Of a stretch of DNA of 64,000 nucleotides, positions 12,325 to 26,336 are shown piece after piece (position 1 is the stretch's first letter; each line of letters starts with the position of its first letter). This stretch comes from Tubiluchus corallicola. Taxonomy: Eukaryota > Animalia > Priapulida. Under the pieces are notes generated by a model, which was not told where the DNA came from, did not search any database, and saw only the letters and a list, made by a program, of their open reading frames with translations. The position numbers and the translations under genes are program-made. The DNA is taken from NCBI GenBank assembly GCA_030141605.1, contig JAQGDQ010000051.1:62001-126000 (forward strand), in the 5' to 3' direction.

Positions 12325-12660
12325 AAATTTATTTATCTTCTGTTTATGCCATCTTGCAGTGTCCATTATCCATTCGAAATTTGAATTCAAGCTAATTAAA
12401 TCTAAGCCACTTGAGGTAGTCTTGAGGTTTTTGTTAGCTTTGAGCTTTGAGAATGATGGCTGAGGTCAATGATCATTCCACGGGCATATCCAAAATAGGG
12501 GTAAATGAAAGAAACGTCAATAGCTGTACATCAATGGTGGATCCAAGTCAGCTCAATGCAAAGAATTAGAGTGTCTTGTCATCTATTGACCATTTAACAC
12601 TGAGAAAAACATTTCACTGCCTCCCCCAGGTAGGCCCAGGAATCGAACTGCAATTACATA
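12325..12660 (-). mobile_element. Putative tRNA-derived SINE
   Basis: B-box-like GTTCGATTCC on the minus strand near 12638-12647, GC-richer body and an ATAAATAAA-like 3' end; boundaries approximate. Confidence 0.4.
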
Positions 12661-12704
12661 GTGTTATAAAAGGCAAGTTTTGTTCTGCAAAACATCAAAT
12701 GTAG

Positions 12705-12930
12705 ATGTTATGTGATGGGTGGCAACTTTCGGGTGATGGCTTCCACTGATCATCCCTCCCCCCAGGTAGGGAGAAAGGGAGGATCCATTACTATTTGTGG
12801 ATATAGTGGGAGAATCAGTCACCTGAATATGAGGAATCAGATTGACTTGTCACTTATTGACAAACCCCATATCGACAAAAATATTTCACACCAGAGGAAG
12901 GGTGGAGGATTCGAACAATTGTGTTTAGTT
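12705..12930 (-). mobile_element. Putative tRNA-derived SINE
   Basis: B box GTTCGAATCC on the minus strand at about 12907-12917; shares the cctcccc(c)caggtagg motif with the neighbouring element. Confidence 0.4.
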
Positions 12931-13495
12931 TTATATAGGTGGCTTTTATTGTCCCACAAAATGTGTGGGACAACATTTTGGGATATGACCTGCAATGACT
13001 GTAGGGTCAAAAGTTGTACCCCTAAATATTGCACAAGCAAACATTACTTCATAGTTGAACAAAAACTCTACAAATCATAAACTCAACTTCAGTCTATTGC
13101 ATCAACTTTATTTTGTAAGTAACCTGGTAGTTATACAATCCACATAGCCAAAATGGGTTATTATAAATAGTGGAATTCGCTATTGGAATTCATTCACACC
13201 ATACTAGTATTTACACAGCACAAGCGGTGTGCAATCATATACAGAATAAATTATTTTCATAATATACAAAACCGCCTATTTATTATTATGATACATGCTT
13301 TTATAATTAAATATTTGATTATGTCCCTACATCAAAGCTACAACTTTTTTCATAATTTTTACACATTAAACACTACACATGCACGTAGTTAATAAGTCAT
13401 AAACTGACCCCTTCAACGTGTACAGTATTATTTGAAATGTACTTGCAGTATAAAAATGTAATGATATCTTTTAACTTCTACAAAAAAAGCTAACT

Positions 13496-13625
13496 AGCGA
13501 GCAAAGTTGCTACCCAGTTTTACAAAAACTGGGTGTATGAGAATTTTTAGTTTTTCTTGCAACTCTTTTTGTAATTTATGCTAATTTTTATGTAAGTGTA
13601 TATACCCTTGGCAACTTCATCTCTA
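13496..13625. mobile_element. Short MITE remnant
   Basis: Imperfect TIRs tagcgagcaaagttgc and ggcaacttcatctcta; internal hairpin acccagtttt-ac-aaaaactgggt. Confidence 0.4.
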
Positions 13626-14111
13626 ATGTGTAGACACTTAGGTTATTTTTTCAGTAAACTAGAAGTGTTTATTAGTACACCCTGAACATTTAAACGGAAA
13701 CAAATGAAATCTTATTTTTGACAAGCAGCAAAGATGGCAGATTCTGCTGAACGTATATTGCCATAATAAACTAGAGCAGCCTTAACTCCTTGTCAGCTTG
13801 ATTATAAATTTGTTTATATCAAAATTCTAAATGTGAAATCAGTCACTTTAGCCACGAATTTAGCATAATTATTGCTAAAACAAAAGTAAAATATGGTGTA
13901 GTGATAAGAATGATAATAAAAAAATTATTTTGCTTACCGTTTATCATCATCATTGTACTTGTTCTTGTCATCATCATCATCATCTGCATGAGTTAAATAA
14001 TATTCCAATTTATAAGTTACACAGTACCAAATTAGGTAGCTAGTTCATTCAGGACTTGTAGCTAAGAATGGGTTAAAAATGAGATATATACAAGTGACCT
14101 GACACAATGTT

Positions 14112-17100
14112 TTAAGAGAAGTGTTCCTCATGTCCATAGGAAAACTTCATTGCAGAATCAACAGTTCGTACTTCGTCACTGTCAGTCTCCAAGGGTACAA
14201 ACTCTTCACCATAGTAATTCAGTACAACCAGTTTGGGATTTTTGGAAACAAGTTTTGAAACCGTAAAATCATTTATCTGCAAAAAAGTAAAAAGCATAAA
14301 TTGCAAATAAAAAGTTCTTATATACACAATGGCATAATAGGATTATTGCCTAATGTTTGGTTCGCAATGCATCTGGATGAAAAAAATAAAGACATTTATC
14401 AGATTTGCACAAATAAGAACTGCATAATTTGCAGAACAACAGAACAATGTGTGGTTTCAAAATGGGTGCAGATTTAAAGTAGAGTAGTAAAGTACAATAA
14501 GAAAACTGCTTAAAAAGCACATTCCCGTGTTTAAATGTGACTTGATGGCAAACTCACAATTAAGCAAAAACCTGAAACCAATTAAATTTGAAAATAAACT
14601 CGAAAAACAAGATGTATTTACTTTCAAATTTAACTAATTGTAGGTTTGTTCCATCTTTAATAATAAATGCGATATTAAGATTATAAATACTTATAATTTG
14701 ACATACTCTATTGCATTGACGGAGATCTAAAAATTGTAAAAAAGGCATTCTGTCAGTGATTTCCTCAAGTCCTTCACCGGTGAGCAAATGTAAGCCAAGC
14801 AAATCTAAGATCCTCAGTTTACTGAAAAGAAAAGTTCAGTTATTGCGTAAAATCAATTCAAATCTCGTGAAACTACTCATTAAAGACATGTTAAAACAAT
14901 TTGATATTAATTTTATATTCACAAACAGAGAAGAACATAAAGTGGCATTACGCAGTTTTACTTAAAATTGTCCTTCGTACTTCACAAATAGATAAAACAA
15001 CAAAATTTAATGCAAAATTCACGAATGATAGGGCAACTGTAAAAAAGCTACACATAGTGCATGACAAGCAACAGGCAGACAAACAGAACAAATGAGTTCT
15101 TTGTTGAGTAAGCATTTACAACAATGCAGGAGAAGCATAACAACAAACACGTATAATATATCTCTCAAAATGTCCCGGTTATAAGCATAAGGCAACGTGA
15201 TATTGACAGAGTTCCACATAAAAACAGTTCCAGGGAAAGCAGAAAATAATTTAGCATAATTCTACTAATTAACAGCAGCAGGTGGCAACAATGGTGAAGA
15301 CAGTAGCAGTAATACTGCCCAAACTATTTACCTTATTGAAACTTGAGTCATGTAGATACAGAATAGATTGTAAATAAAGGTTTTGATGAAAACCATTTGT
15401 ACTTGCAGAGTAAGTGTAGCTTATATAGTAAGCCTACCAAGACCTTGGGATGAATTCACACTTACACGGTTCTTGTTTGTAAGTAACAGTTATGTTAAAG
15501 AAAATCTGATAATGCTAGCAGGCATAATAAAATCTCTAACTGCTTATTAGAAGTTATTTTGTTAAAGTGTATATAGGCCTAAAATGTAGAAAAATGTATG
15601 AAAATCACATGCAAAGAATGCATACCAAGTATAAGAATGCATCACCATACCAACCACTACTAACTACAAGCTGGATCACTTCATCACACAACAAGCATCG
15701 AACATCTTTCACCTAAAGACACTACATGAAGGAAGTTGCATACGCCACTGAATATCACTCAGGCAGGTCTGCCTGTTCAGTAATTTAGCTTAGAGGACTA
15801 TACTTGATTGTTTTAATTCTGTTTCATCAATATCCATCAATAAATATCCATTAATAAAGATCCACAGAATAAGATCCATCAATAAATATTTCACGAATTG
15901 TTAATTACGTTCTTTCTTTTCCTTTTACTTCCTAGTTTCCTTTTACTTCCACATTTATTAACATTCTGCAATATTAATATGTTTGCAGCAGTATTTGAGA
16001 ATGGTCAAAATGTCATTCAAGAGCAAGGTCAGATTTGTGTGTTGCTTGTTCATCCTGGCAACTGAGAAACAAAGCATAAAACATGTTTTTAAATGCATAC
16101 CTGCACTTGAAGACAATCCATGCTACTCCGACATCAGTTACATCCCAACACCAACATAAAGCTAGCAGTTCCAGCTGTGGACAACTGCAAAATTATAAAA
16201 TAACTGTATTATACTAAGTAAATAAATGAATAAGCTTGTTGCAGTAAATCTGATGTATTTTTTTATTTAAATTTGTTCAATATTTTGACATTACGTCCTC
16301 TCTGTATGAATGCGGAAGCTTTTCAACTAGTTAAAATATTAAAATAACTGTACAAAATAATTAGGGAAAATTTATGCATACCTATAATTAATTAAATAAA
16401 AGTTTTATATCTAACAAATAACCAGTTTTGCACTTGGTACTTCTTTTAAATAGTACAGGTAGTATAACTGTTGGTGTTGTTGCTGTTGCACCAACACAAG
16501 CAACTGTAACAGCAGCAGCATCAACACCAAGGATCAGCAGTGACACCACCATAACCACTACCAAAAATAGCAGCAAAGGCGTAATCACTGCTACCATACC
16601 ACTACAACCTTATTCACCAAAATCACAACCAGGGTCTAACACCGGCATCACCAAAAAAAGAATCAAGTACAAAAATTATTAAAGTAAAAATTCTGTTATC
16701 GAAGCTTTGCCAATGCACAACATTTTGTGCAAATGCGGAATCCACATAATAATGAAGTATTTATAACGTAAGGACTTGTAAATAAGATTAAAGAACCACA
16801 ATTAATGTCAATTACCAAGTAGTTAATTCTTTCACAGCATCGTCATCCAATCCTGAGCATTCTGACAAATCCAGTTTGCACAAATTGCCCAAACCGCTGT
16901 CAATGAAGAAATTAGCCAGACCAAAAGGTGTAAAGTTTTCTCCGTGTTTGATACGTAGTCTAGTTAGCCTGCTAATGTGCTGCATGTAAAAAACTTTATT
17001 ATGACAAACATAATTGCACTACTCTAGTAGGCTTAGAATATAAATGTAGAACTGCTACAGAACATAACACCTGGTCAACAGGGTAAAGCTTAAAACTTCA

Positions 17101-20100
17101 AATGTAACGAAGAAAGATACAATTCAGCACCACCTACCTTTATTGATGCCAATGATTCGTCAGTTAAAAGTTCTGCAAATGATATGTTAAGCAGCGTCAG
17201 TTTAGTGCAATCAACAATAGCATGAATCCCAACATCACTTAGTTCAGCTCCGTCGAGTATCAACTGCTTCAGCGTATTTTGTCTTCTTGTCAGCAAAATA
17301 TCTAAACAACTAGAACAAAAGAAACTTCATCTCAGTCATTATAAACATCTTTCAATATCCAAATTTCCTTTTTATCAAAATGCTTGTGCCCATTCAGCTG
17401 TTCACAATATATTGGAACTGTAAGCATAGCCGTATAATAAATTATCAACCAGCAAAAGCATATAAACAGTTTTATATCTATCTTGTCAAGTTATACCAAT
17501 CAAACACTTATATCGTTTCATTGTTTCCTTTCATCCTCTTATTGTTTCAAGCACAATCTAAAACTTATAATATCTCTTATATTAATATTCTTGGTATATA
17601 TATATATATAAGATTCGAGGCTACAGCCCGGACGAGGGCACCATTTGCGGCGATCTATACATCAAACGAAAGGTCTTGATCTAGTTTTTAATTAATATTG
17701 CTTGTTAAATTGTTTACTGTAGGATATTTTGAGCTTTTTGTTTCCTTTTCTGTGATATTGACTCAGTGCTTAATTTGTGACTGTGTTACCGCAATAGCAT
17801 CATGGGTAAAAAATTGGTATGTAGCAATCTTTTTGGTTTTTTGTTGTTGTTTTACTTTCACATGTAGGCAGATTACAGTGTTAAACTAAAACATTGTATC
17901 TTTTTGTTTCTCTACTGTGATTTATCGACAAAACTTGCCAACAGCTTCTGCCACACTGCTGCTGTTGATTATTAAGTCAATGTTAATTAAGTACATTTAT
18001 GACACAACCAGAATAAAATATTTACATATTACATAAAAATATCTAAATTTTACAAAGCATTACTTGTACTTGTACTACACTTATTTTTGCAAAACATTTA
18101 TAATTCATAAAATAAAAAATACCAATTTACCGATCAGTCAGCCAAGAAAGTCCATCAATGTTCAAAGCTTCTAGTCTTGTACACTCGGTAGCAATTTTAA
18201 CAATGCTTTCTTCTTGCACATATTTACAGTGCGAAATATTCAAACTTAGAAGGTTGGGTAACTTCACTATCAGTTGAATGCAAGAATCGTCTATGTCAGT
18301 ACAGCCTTCAACATTCAGCTCCTCCAGCCTTGGACAGTTGTTCACAAGAGCACTAATAATTTCCTGATTTAAAACACTGCAGAAACCCAGGTTCAAACTC
18401 CGAAGTTGGTGTAAGTTTTCGTGGCAGAGTTTAACCTACAAAAACACACTGGCAAATATTCTGAACATAGAAAATTAAGCACTATAAAGAAGTGCAAATT
18501 ATATATGAATAAAATTAATGAAAAATTCTGTAGTGATCATATGCTTGTGTACTAGTAATGTAATAGTGATAGTGCATACACTTAAAAATGTCCTAGCAGC
18601 CAGTACATCTTATTAGTTACTAATGGTAACACTGTGGATCTATCGTGTAGTCATAGTAAACATTCCATTGCCAGTTTAAAGCAACCAGTATTAACTATAG
18701 TACATACACAGATATTTGTAATTATTTATATTATTAATATTCTTTGCAGAAATTCTATATATGCTACACTCTAAGCCAGTAGTGCAGGCAATTAATGTCT
18801 CCACAATTCTGAATGACAGCTTTCATACCGATCATCAAAACATACTACTCTCCACCCTAGTTTTGGTAGCTGACTTGATGACCAATTGGTCTTTCGCTAC
18901 CCTTTCTCCTGCACCCCCTAACTCTTTCCTTTATGCATAATTTATCCTGATTAATTAATAATTATGGCAATTGTAGTCTACTTGTATTCTGGTGTAAATG
19001 AGAAGATAAATAAAATGTCTATGTCTATGTCCATGTCTAGTCAGGCATTTACAAAAAAGAATTTGTAAACCCTCACTTCCCACTTTGATGTGTTCATTCT
19101 TCTTCCTCCTGCATTTCAGGCATTTGTTCACTACATTTCTTCTTTTTTGCTATTACTGTTATCTTCAAATTCACTTCCTTCCATTATCAGCTACTCACCA
19201 CAGTTAAGCAAATGTTGTTCTGCAGCATCATGGCTCTCATCTTTTTTCAGGCACAAAACGTGGGTGCTTGAATGAGCTCATTTTTGTAATTTGCTTTAAC
19301 CCTCATCTTATTTAACCTTATTACCATTTGAATTTCTGGAATGTATTTTTGTAATTTCGTCATGTCAGCCATATTTTAGAAATCGTAATTTCACATAGTT
19401 TCTGAATTTTCATATTAATTACGAAGCATTCAAATGATGACTTTTTTCCATCTGCACTTGATTAGCATCAATAGCCTGTGGCGTGCACTATTTCGTCATG
19501 CCATGACCCACATACATTATTAATTTGTATTTCCAATAAATTTTTACACCACAACATAATAATGAGTCCAGAACTGTTGTCTGTCAGCCTGTCACACAAT
19601 TTCATCAATTTATCAGAATTTTTTATCTAATAGTATTTCTACAATGTTTCTGCAGGTTTCAGTTAATTTGTATATCCTCAATAGTTCACTTGGCAATACA
19701 TTTGTTCTTCTAATACATTTTTCTAACACGTATCTCAAAATAATGCCCTTCTTACCACTTCTGCAGCAGCAGCTTTTAAACCATGAAGAGAAAGCTGCTT
19801 CAAAAGAGGCGACCTAAGAATAATGTGACAGATATCATATTGGGAAATTTGACGAAATCCACTAAGATCCAAACTAAAAAAACAATTAAACATTACAGAG
19901 AAGTTAACTTTGGTTCACTGAAAAGAAAAATATTGTAACATTAAAACTAAATGTGAAGGCAAATGTTTCCAATTTTCCAAACAAAAAGAGGCACATTTTG
20001 TTTACCCACATTTCTGTAGCCACGTTAACGATGATATGACTTATCTAAGGCACTCCAAGTGCCTTCTGCCTCTCACATATTCCTTTTAAAATGAATAAAA

Positions 20101-23100
20101 AATAATAGATGCACATTCGGGGTAATCATGAATGACCACACATTTTTCCATCAAAAAGGCAAAGTTCTCCTCCCGCACTGCCCCCCTTGGGAAAGTTCAA
20201 TGGGGGCCACTGCCCGTCTGCCCCGTGGCTCTGGCACCCCTGTACATAGTAGATGTAAAATGTCAATGCAAATATTATGCTACTTTACTGGTCAATGTCT
20301 CATTGTATTACAAAAAGCATTTACATGTGCATTCCAGTTTTTTTTATTTACATTGCAGAGTGATTTATACTAGATTAGCAGATTGCACCTTTGCACAAGG
20401 TTACGAAAACTATGACCGTTTCTTTTGCACCCAATTCACAAAACTTAAAAAATGAATAATCTCTGTTCACTATTTTTTATGATACACATTTGCACTCCAC
20501 CTAAGCAATGACCAAATACATGTTGTACGTAATTATTTATCCATGACGACGACGATGATGATGATGATGAGGTCAACAAAAGCTGCAAGCAAGAACTAAC
20601 ATATAACAAGAATAACAACAACATCAGTAACAACAACAATAGCAACAAGAGCAGCAGCAGCAACAACAACGACGGCACTGATAATAACAATACAACAATA
20701 ACAACAGTAACAAAACGACAAAGTAACAATGGTGGCATGATGACAGCAATAATGATGATGATGGCAGTGGTGGTGGTGGTAGTAGTAATAATAACAAAAG
20801 AGCAAGCAAGAAACAGAGAAACAACAACAACAATGACAAACAACAAACAAACAAAGAGGAAGCGAACAAAAAACAATAAAAAATGCAACAATAAGCCTCT
20901 GTAACTTGCTCGAAATGGTTATGTATTAAAATGTATTTTCATACGACCAAACTTTCCTTGTACCAAACTTTCTTTGTATTGAATTTTCCTAGTACCAAAC
21001 TTTCGAAGTACTAAACCTTCCTAGCCCCAACTTGTTCCGTACCATTTTTACCTTGTACCATATTTACTTGTACCAAAAATTTCTGACAAAATTTCATTAG
21101 TACCATATTTACTAATATCATATTTTCTCTATACCTAATTTTCCCAGTACCAAAATTACCGTGTTCCAAAAATTCCTAGTACCAAATTTTCCTGTTACCA
21201 AAATTACCAGTATCAAGCTTACCTGTACCAAATTTACTAGTACCAAAGTTACGGCACACCTTTATGATCATATAAATCATGACTTACTCGAATGATCTTG
21301 CAGTTTTAATATCTGAAGAAAGGATATGAACTTTCTAAAACACTGCGATAAATAAAAGACAAATATAACCAATGTATGTTGTCGTACTTATTTGTTATAA
21401 GAATTGAAATGGGCTATGGCCTAAAGCCCAGATCAAGACTGGACTAAAACTGGTTTCAAATGCTGAAAAATAGTGAGAATAAAATCCAGGCCAAATTATT
21501 ACATTGGTGCCCAGAACAAGAATATGGCTTGAGATTACTGCTAAGCCATAGTTGGTCTCAAATTTCAGTTTTTCTAAAGAGTTGAACAGTTCTTCTTATG
21601 TCTTAATTGAACAATACATACCTCTGCCACAAAATTGGATCTTGTGATGATCGCCACCACTTTTTACACACAGGAGCAACATATTTCACAAGATCTTGTG
21701 GAGACAAATAAGAAAAAATCCTTGTTACAAGTTCCTCAGGTAACAAGTCAAATGCAGTTTCTGATTCTTTCTCTTCATTTACGCTACTAATATCTGTCTG
21801 TACTGAAACATCATGGTAATGTACAGAAACATGTTTGACATTAATGATGTCTCTGTGTTCCTTTGACAAATAATGCAAGGGATTTTGTGCAACAAGGTGC
21901 GGTGAAATAATGTGGTCATTCTCGTCTATACATATTTTATCAGCACTATTTGTTTCATTGCCACCTTCACAACAAGAGGCCTCATTGCTTTTCAATGTGG
22001 AATGATTATCGTCATTTCTCGTGATGGCTGTGTAAGGGTGATTGGTGCTACTGTTAATTGGAACAGACTTACCATATGTAATTAAAGGCTGAGTAACAGC
22101 ACAGCACAGCGAGGTAGCAGTTGTTGTTGTTTCTGAAACACAAATACTACTTTCTGCAACAGTTTCATGACCACCAGTCAATTTAACAATTTCATTACAG
22201 GCAACATTGCTAATTTCTTCTTCATATTTAACATAGTTTGTAACTTTCGTGCTTGCATTCATAACTTTGCTACTACTTGTACAAACCATCATGTCTTCCA
22301 GATTTTCAACAGTTTCTGTGAGAGATAAAATTTCTTTCAAATAAAGATCTCGTTCTATAGCATCTGGCTCAGTAACACACGTTTGAGTTGATGTGCTAAC
22401 ACGTTGCCCTCCACTAGATACCAGTGTTCTAGACACGCAAACGTCTATGTCTACGATAGCTTCATCAGTCTCTGAACCAGAATGATCACTAATTACATCT
22501 GTAGCAGACGCAGCTTCAGTCATAAACTGTGACGCATCACATCGTCCCAAACCAATAATCTCAAGATCATTCATATCACCCGTGATGGAATCAACACGTC
22601 GCATGATAACATCTTCATAATTTCTGATCAAGTAACCATACGAATACTGCCGCATGGGTAGCTCAATGTGACTTGAACTGAAAAAGTTTGACGATACGTA
22701 GTCATTTAAAATAAACAAGCGATCACGTGTAGGACTGGTTGTCACAATACGATTACGAAGAGATGGAAAGTGAATAATTTGAGACAATGAGTCATTTTCT
22801 TGTTCTGAATGTTCACTGCATTTACTCTTCGAAATATCTAAAGGTTTTTTTAATGTTGCACCAATTATTTTTGTATCACAGTTTTTGTGTAGATTGTCAA
22901 CAGGAATTTTGTTACATTGTAACGTTAGAGACGTGTCACTATCATTTTTGTAGCTGCTCATAAAAGCGTCAAAACCATTGGTTTTTGGAGTTCTTGTAGC
23001 ATCATCAGAATGAAAAATGCTACAGTTATCGTCAGTATCAAATGCTGATAGTTTTTCTGTAGCTTCGAAAGCAGTTGGAGTTCTTGCATCGTAAGCTTCA

Positions 23101-23279
23101 ACGGCATCTGCCAATGCATCATGTGAGCAGTAATCACTTACTTCTACGCATTTATCAAAAACTGTCTCAGAATCATTAGGCCAACTACCACTATTTTTTG
23201 CCGTATTATAAAGATTAGTTTCAGAATCTCTCACGGCTGCTGCATCTGCCACATCTGTTCTGTCTAGGCCACAGCTCAT
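14112..23279 (-). CDS. F-box/leucine-rich-repeat (FBXL-type) protein, about 926 aa, with a ~510-aa low-complexity N-terminus
   Basis: Coding exons 23279-21622, 19873-19756, 18435-18131, 17309-17138, 16979-16816, 16184-16101, 14821-14707, 14276-14112, all GT-AG with matching phases. F-box FDLLPEELVTRIFSYLSPQDLVKYVAPVCKKWWRSSQDPILWQ is followed by cysteine-containing LRRs (CPRLEELNVEGCTDIDD, CPQLELLALCWCWDVTDVG). Exact ortholog not assignable. Confidence 0.9.
16460..16660. repeat. Degenerate (CAA/CAG/CAC)-rich low-complexity tract
   Basis: Intronic trinucleotide-like low complexity. Confidence 0.6.
19070..19460 (-). mobile_element. Old LINE 3' remnant related to the 1993-4830 family
   Basis: Minus strand fragments KLRFLK, IRLNKMRVKANYKNEL and EQHLLNC parallel KLRFLR, IRLNMIKIKGNYKNEF and EHMLRC. 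Confidence 0.6.
20544..20892. repeat. Compound degenerate microsatellite (GAC/GAT/AAC/AGC/GGT)
   Basis: Successive trinucleotide runs; explains three overlapping spurious ORFs. Confidence 0.9.
20945..21260. repeat. Array of about 20 degenerate 15-bp units (consensus near GTACCAAATTTTCCT), probably one arm of a foldback-type element
   Basis: GTACCAAA/GTACCATA recurs about every 15 nt; the array ends in ttacggcacacc, similar to the end at 27680-27690. Confidence 0.85.
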
Positions 23280-23569
23280 GCTAATTAATGGCAATTCATC
23301 TGGAAATAATAACTTTCTCTTTGAAAGAAAAATACATTAACTAGTGTACATCTCTGGACACATTTAATGTTGTTTTCTCACCAAACCACCGCATGTAAAA
23401 ACCTGCATCAGTTTTGGCTTCCTACTCTCAAATTCCAAATAAAGGTAGAGGCCAAATAATAGTACAAGGTGGAAATGTCGGCCCAAAAACTAAGAGAATA
23501 AAACTATGTTATACCATTTTGATGCAATATTAATAGAAGTATTAGCCAAATCCACAAAAAGAATTTTGC

Positions 23570-23702
23570 CCACAACCTCAACACACACCTCACATCACAC
23601 AAGCTACACTACCCATGCCACATCCTCAACACCCACCACTCCAAATCACCCATACCACACCTCATCATATCCATCACATCACCCACACCGTACCGACCAC
23701 AG
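23570..23702. repeat. CA-rich low-complexity tract
   Basis: Degenerate (CA/CAC) repeats. Confidence 0.7.
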
Positions 23703-23935
23703 CAGCAGCTTTTTGATAAAATCACCTAATACCCTGTAATACTAAGTAATAGACTATTTTAAAACATAGATTCTTTCCACTTGATTTAGATGAATTTCTC
23801 CGCAAACACTAACCAACAATTTCTCAGAAAGTTTGGTATCATCTTGTTTCACAGCTTCTATTTCACCAATGCTAGTTGCTGCCCGTGCAAATTCGTTGCT
23901 ACCAACGGAAAAAACTTTAATTCTAAAATTCTTAC

Positions 23936-24060
23936 CGTCGTCAATACAATCGTGGGCGAGGAGTAAGCCAGTAAGAGAAATCGAAACGTATCCACTAGAG
24001 CCGTTTCTACACCGAAACTACTTGCCCTTTTTTGCGACCAAGCGCTTGGGCAATACGTTT
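23936..24060 (-). promoter_or_regulatory. Probable non-coding first exon / promoter of the F-box gene
   Basis: CpG-richer island ending in a strong donor G|GTAAGA at 23936/23935; no in-frame ATG; matching acceptor at 23300. Confidence 0.55.
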
Positions 24061-24942
24061 ACTATTATACTGTTGCACAAAGGAAATTTTCAGACAAAAT
24101 GTTTTTTTCTTAGTCACTATTCTATAAACCTCAACAAGATCTCTATAAGATTCTTAACTCAAATTTAAGTGGTACGTCAAATTGTCGCACTTCAGTATTT
24201 CTACGTGAGATTTTTACAACAATATTATTCGAATGGCATGCCTTTGCACTCCTTCCATAAGCAATTCTGCCCATCTTTACTCCACCAACATAATTGTTCA
24301 ATATCATGCTGCTAAACAAATGAATTATATATCGGTGCATTATAGTAATTCATAGAATCTTGTTTTTGTTTTACATGTCAGTTATTTTTGTTATTTCTGA
24401 TGTTATTGTTTTGTGTGTTAGGGAGGATATCTGTAAATAAAAAGAAAATAGGAAACCAATAGACAAGAAAAATAATTATCTGTAATGACCAACAGTCTTT
24501 AGATTACCATAACTCTATTAATCAGAAAATGAATGCTATCATGAATGTTGGAATTCTTGTCTAAAGACTTCAACTATGCATGGGATTGTTCTATAATTAT
24601 AGTCGAAGGATTGGTATGTTGCATTCTTACATGTTAAGACATTAAAATTGATTCGTACATTTTTAACCCAAGCTGTGAAACTGTGTAATTAAAATTGTGC
24701 TTGAAAATGACATTTTTGAAACTGTAAAGCATACAATGAAATTCTGATGTGGCTTTAATTAAGTTACTACTTAATCTGATCTAATCTAAAAATCTAATCT
24801 AATTATAATGTAATTTATTCTAATGAGCAATAGACACTGCGATATGTCTTTCAATTAAATATTTTTACGATGTGTGCTTTTTATATATTTAATCTGCACT
24901 TTTATTCACACAATAAAATGTGTTATGTATTTTATTATTATG

Positions 24943-26336
24943 GAATGTGTGAAGGTAAAACTGGCATAAATGAAAAAATAGGTAAAATGGCACACTTAGT
25001 AATATATGAGCTTATGGTCAGGGTTACAGTGTTTAGTAGTTATTTTTACCTCTTCCAGAGAAGTTATGCAACACAGTTTGTTTGTTTGCTTGTTTGGTTG
25101 TTTTTGTCTGTTATGGCAGTAATTAGCTTATTATGCAAAGACTATCTAACAAATTTCCAAAAACCTTGTAAAGAAAGGTGGGTGTAACATGCCAAAATGG
25201 AAATGTTTTCACCGGTTCTTTTTTACGAAACTTGATCGAACACCACGTACAAAAAACGTCCGTGAAGCTCTTCATAGCGGTCAGAGGGAGTGTTTAGTAC
25301 TTCTTTTTTATTGTCTCCACCAGGACACATAACTACGAGTTAGCTCCAGGTTTCATTTCAAGAAAAGCTCGCCTGTAAAACTGTGTAATGCTGTCTATGA
25401 CCTTTGGTTATTAATGTACGTAGCCCTATAATGTGACTTGTAATGTGCATACTTGTCAGTCTATTAGCACTGCCAAAATTAATATTGAAAAAGGCAGATA
25501 AACACTGCGTGAAACATTCGTCCATTACTGATTATAAATCCATTTAATGAACAAATATTTTTTAAGTCTTTTGCTAGTCTATATACATATACATTTTTGT
25601 ATATTTGCTTGTTTATCTTTGTCTTAAATTTTTTGAATCAAAAGAATCAGACGAATAAGATTAAGGATTTTTATGGTTGGCGTGATATAACTTTCCCGGG
25701 TAACCACAAATAGGAATACTGTTTGCGATATCAAATGGGAAAAATCAAGTGATATTGGTGCTGCTGCTGCTCATTGTACAGTAACTGTAGATACTAGGTA
25801 CTGTGCATTTTTTCTGAATTACCTGAAATATGTTGTTACTATTATTAATTATTGATTCCAATGATTGTACATTTTGTTGTGAAAATTTCTGTAATAATTT
25901 TAGTAGACTGATGCACAGGTGTTATAATCGCTCCACTTCGATATAATATAAAGGTATGAGATGCCATCTCTTGACTAGAGAAAGAAGAATATGTATTGGT
26001 GCTGTTTTAAACAATCAAGAGCAAACATATAATTGAAACAGCATGGTTAAAATAAACGTTGGAGTTTCTTATCAAGTTTTGTTATACCAACTGCATAACA
26101 ACAAGCTATCTGCCTCCTATAGATATCTGCTTCCTACTGAGTGCATGATAGAAGCCAATTGCATCAAAATAACTTATGTGCCATTTTTTCCTACTTTTCC
26201 ATTTGTGGCATTTTACCAACTTTTCCATTTGTGCAATTTTTTTCTGTGCCACGTACTTTTTACCTGGTCTATTTTTCCTGCTCCATTCTTTTCCTGTGCT
26301 GTGCCATTTTTACCTGTGCCATTTTTACCGTGTACC
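24943..26336. mobile_element. Non-autonomous element with inverted arrays of ~15-bp subterminal repeats, copy A
   Basis: Left arm ..ggtaaaatggcacac, right arm gtgccattttt.. arrays; internal blocks match 26791-27690 in direct orientation. Confidence 0.7.

Noticed and set aside
16388-16682. Thr/Val-rich ORFs on both strands
   Set aside because: Low-complexity intronic tract; flanking exons join in phase without it.
20445-20891. Three overlapping ORFs rich in L/V/C/T
   Set aside because: Products of a compound trinucleotide microsatellite in an intron.
20945-21260. Regular repeat array as a CRISPR-like locus
   Set aside because: Contiguous 15-bp units with no unique spacers, eukaryotic context, no cas genes.
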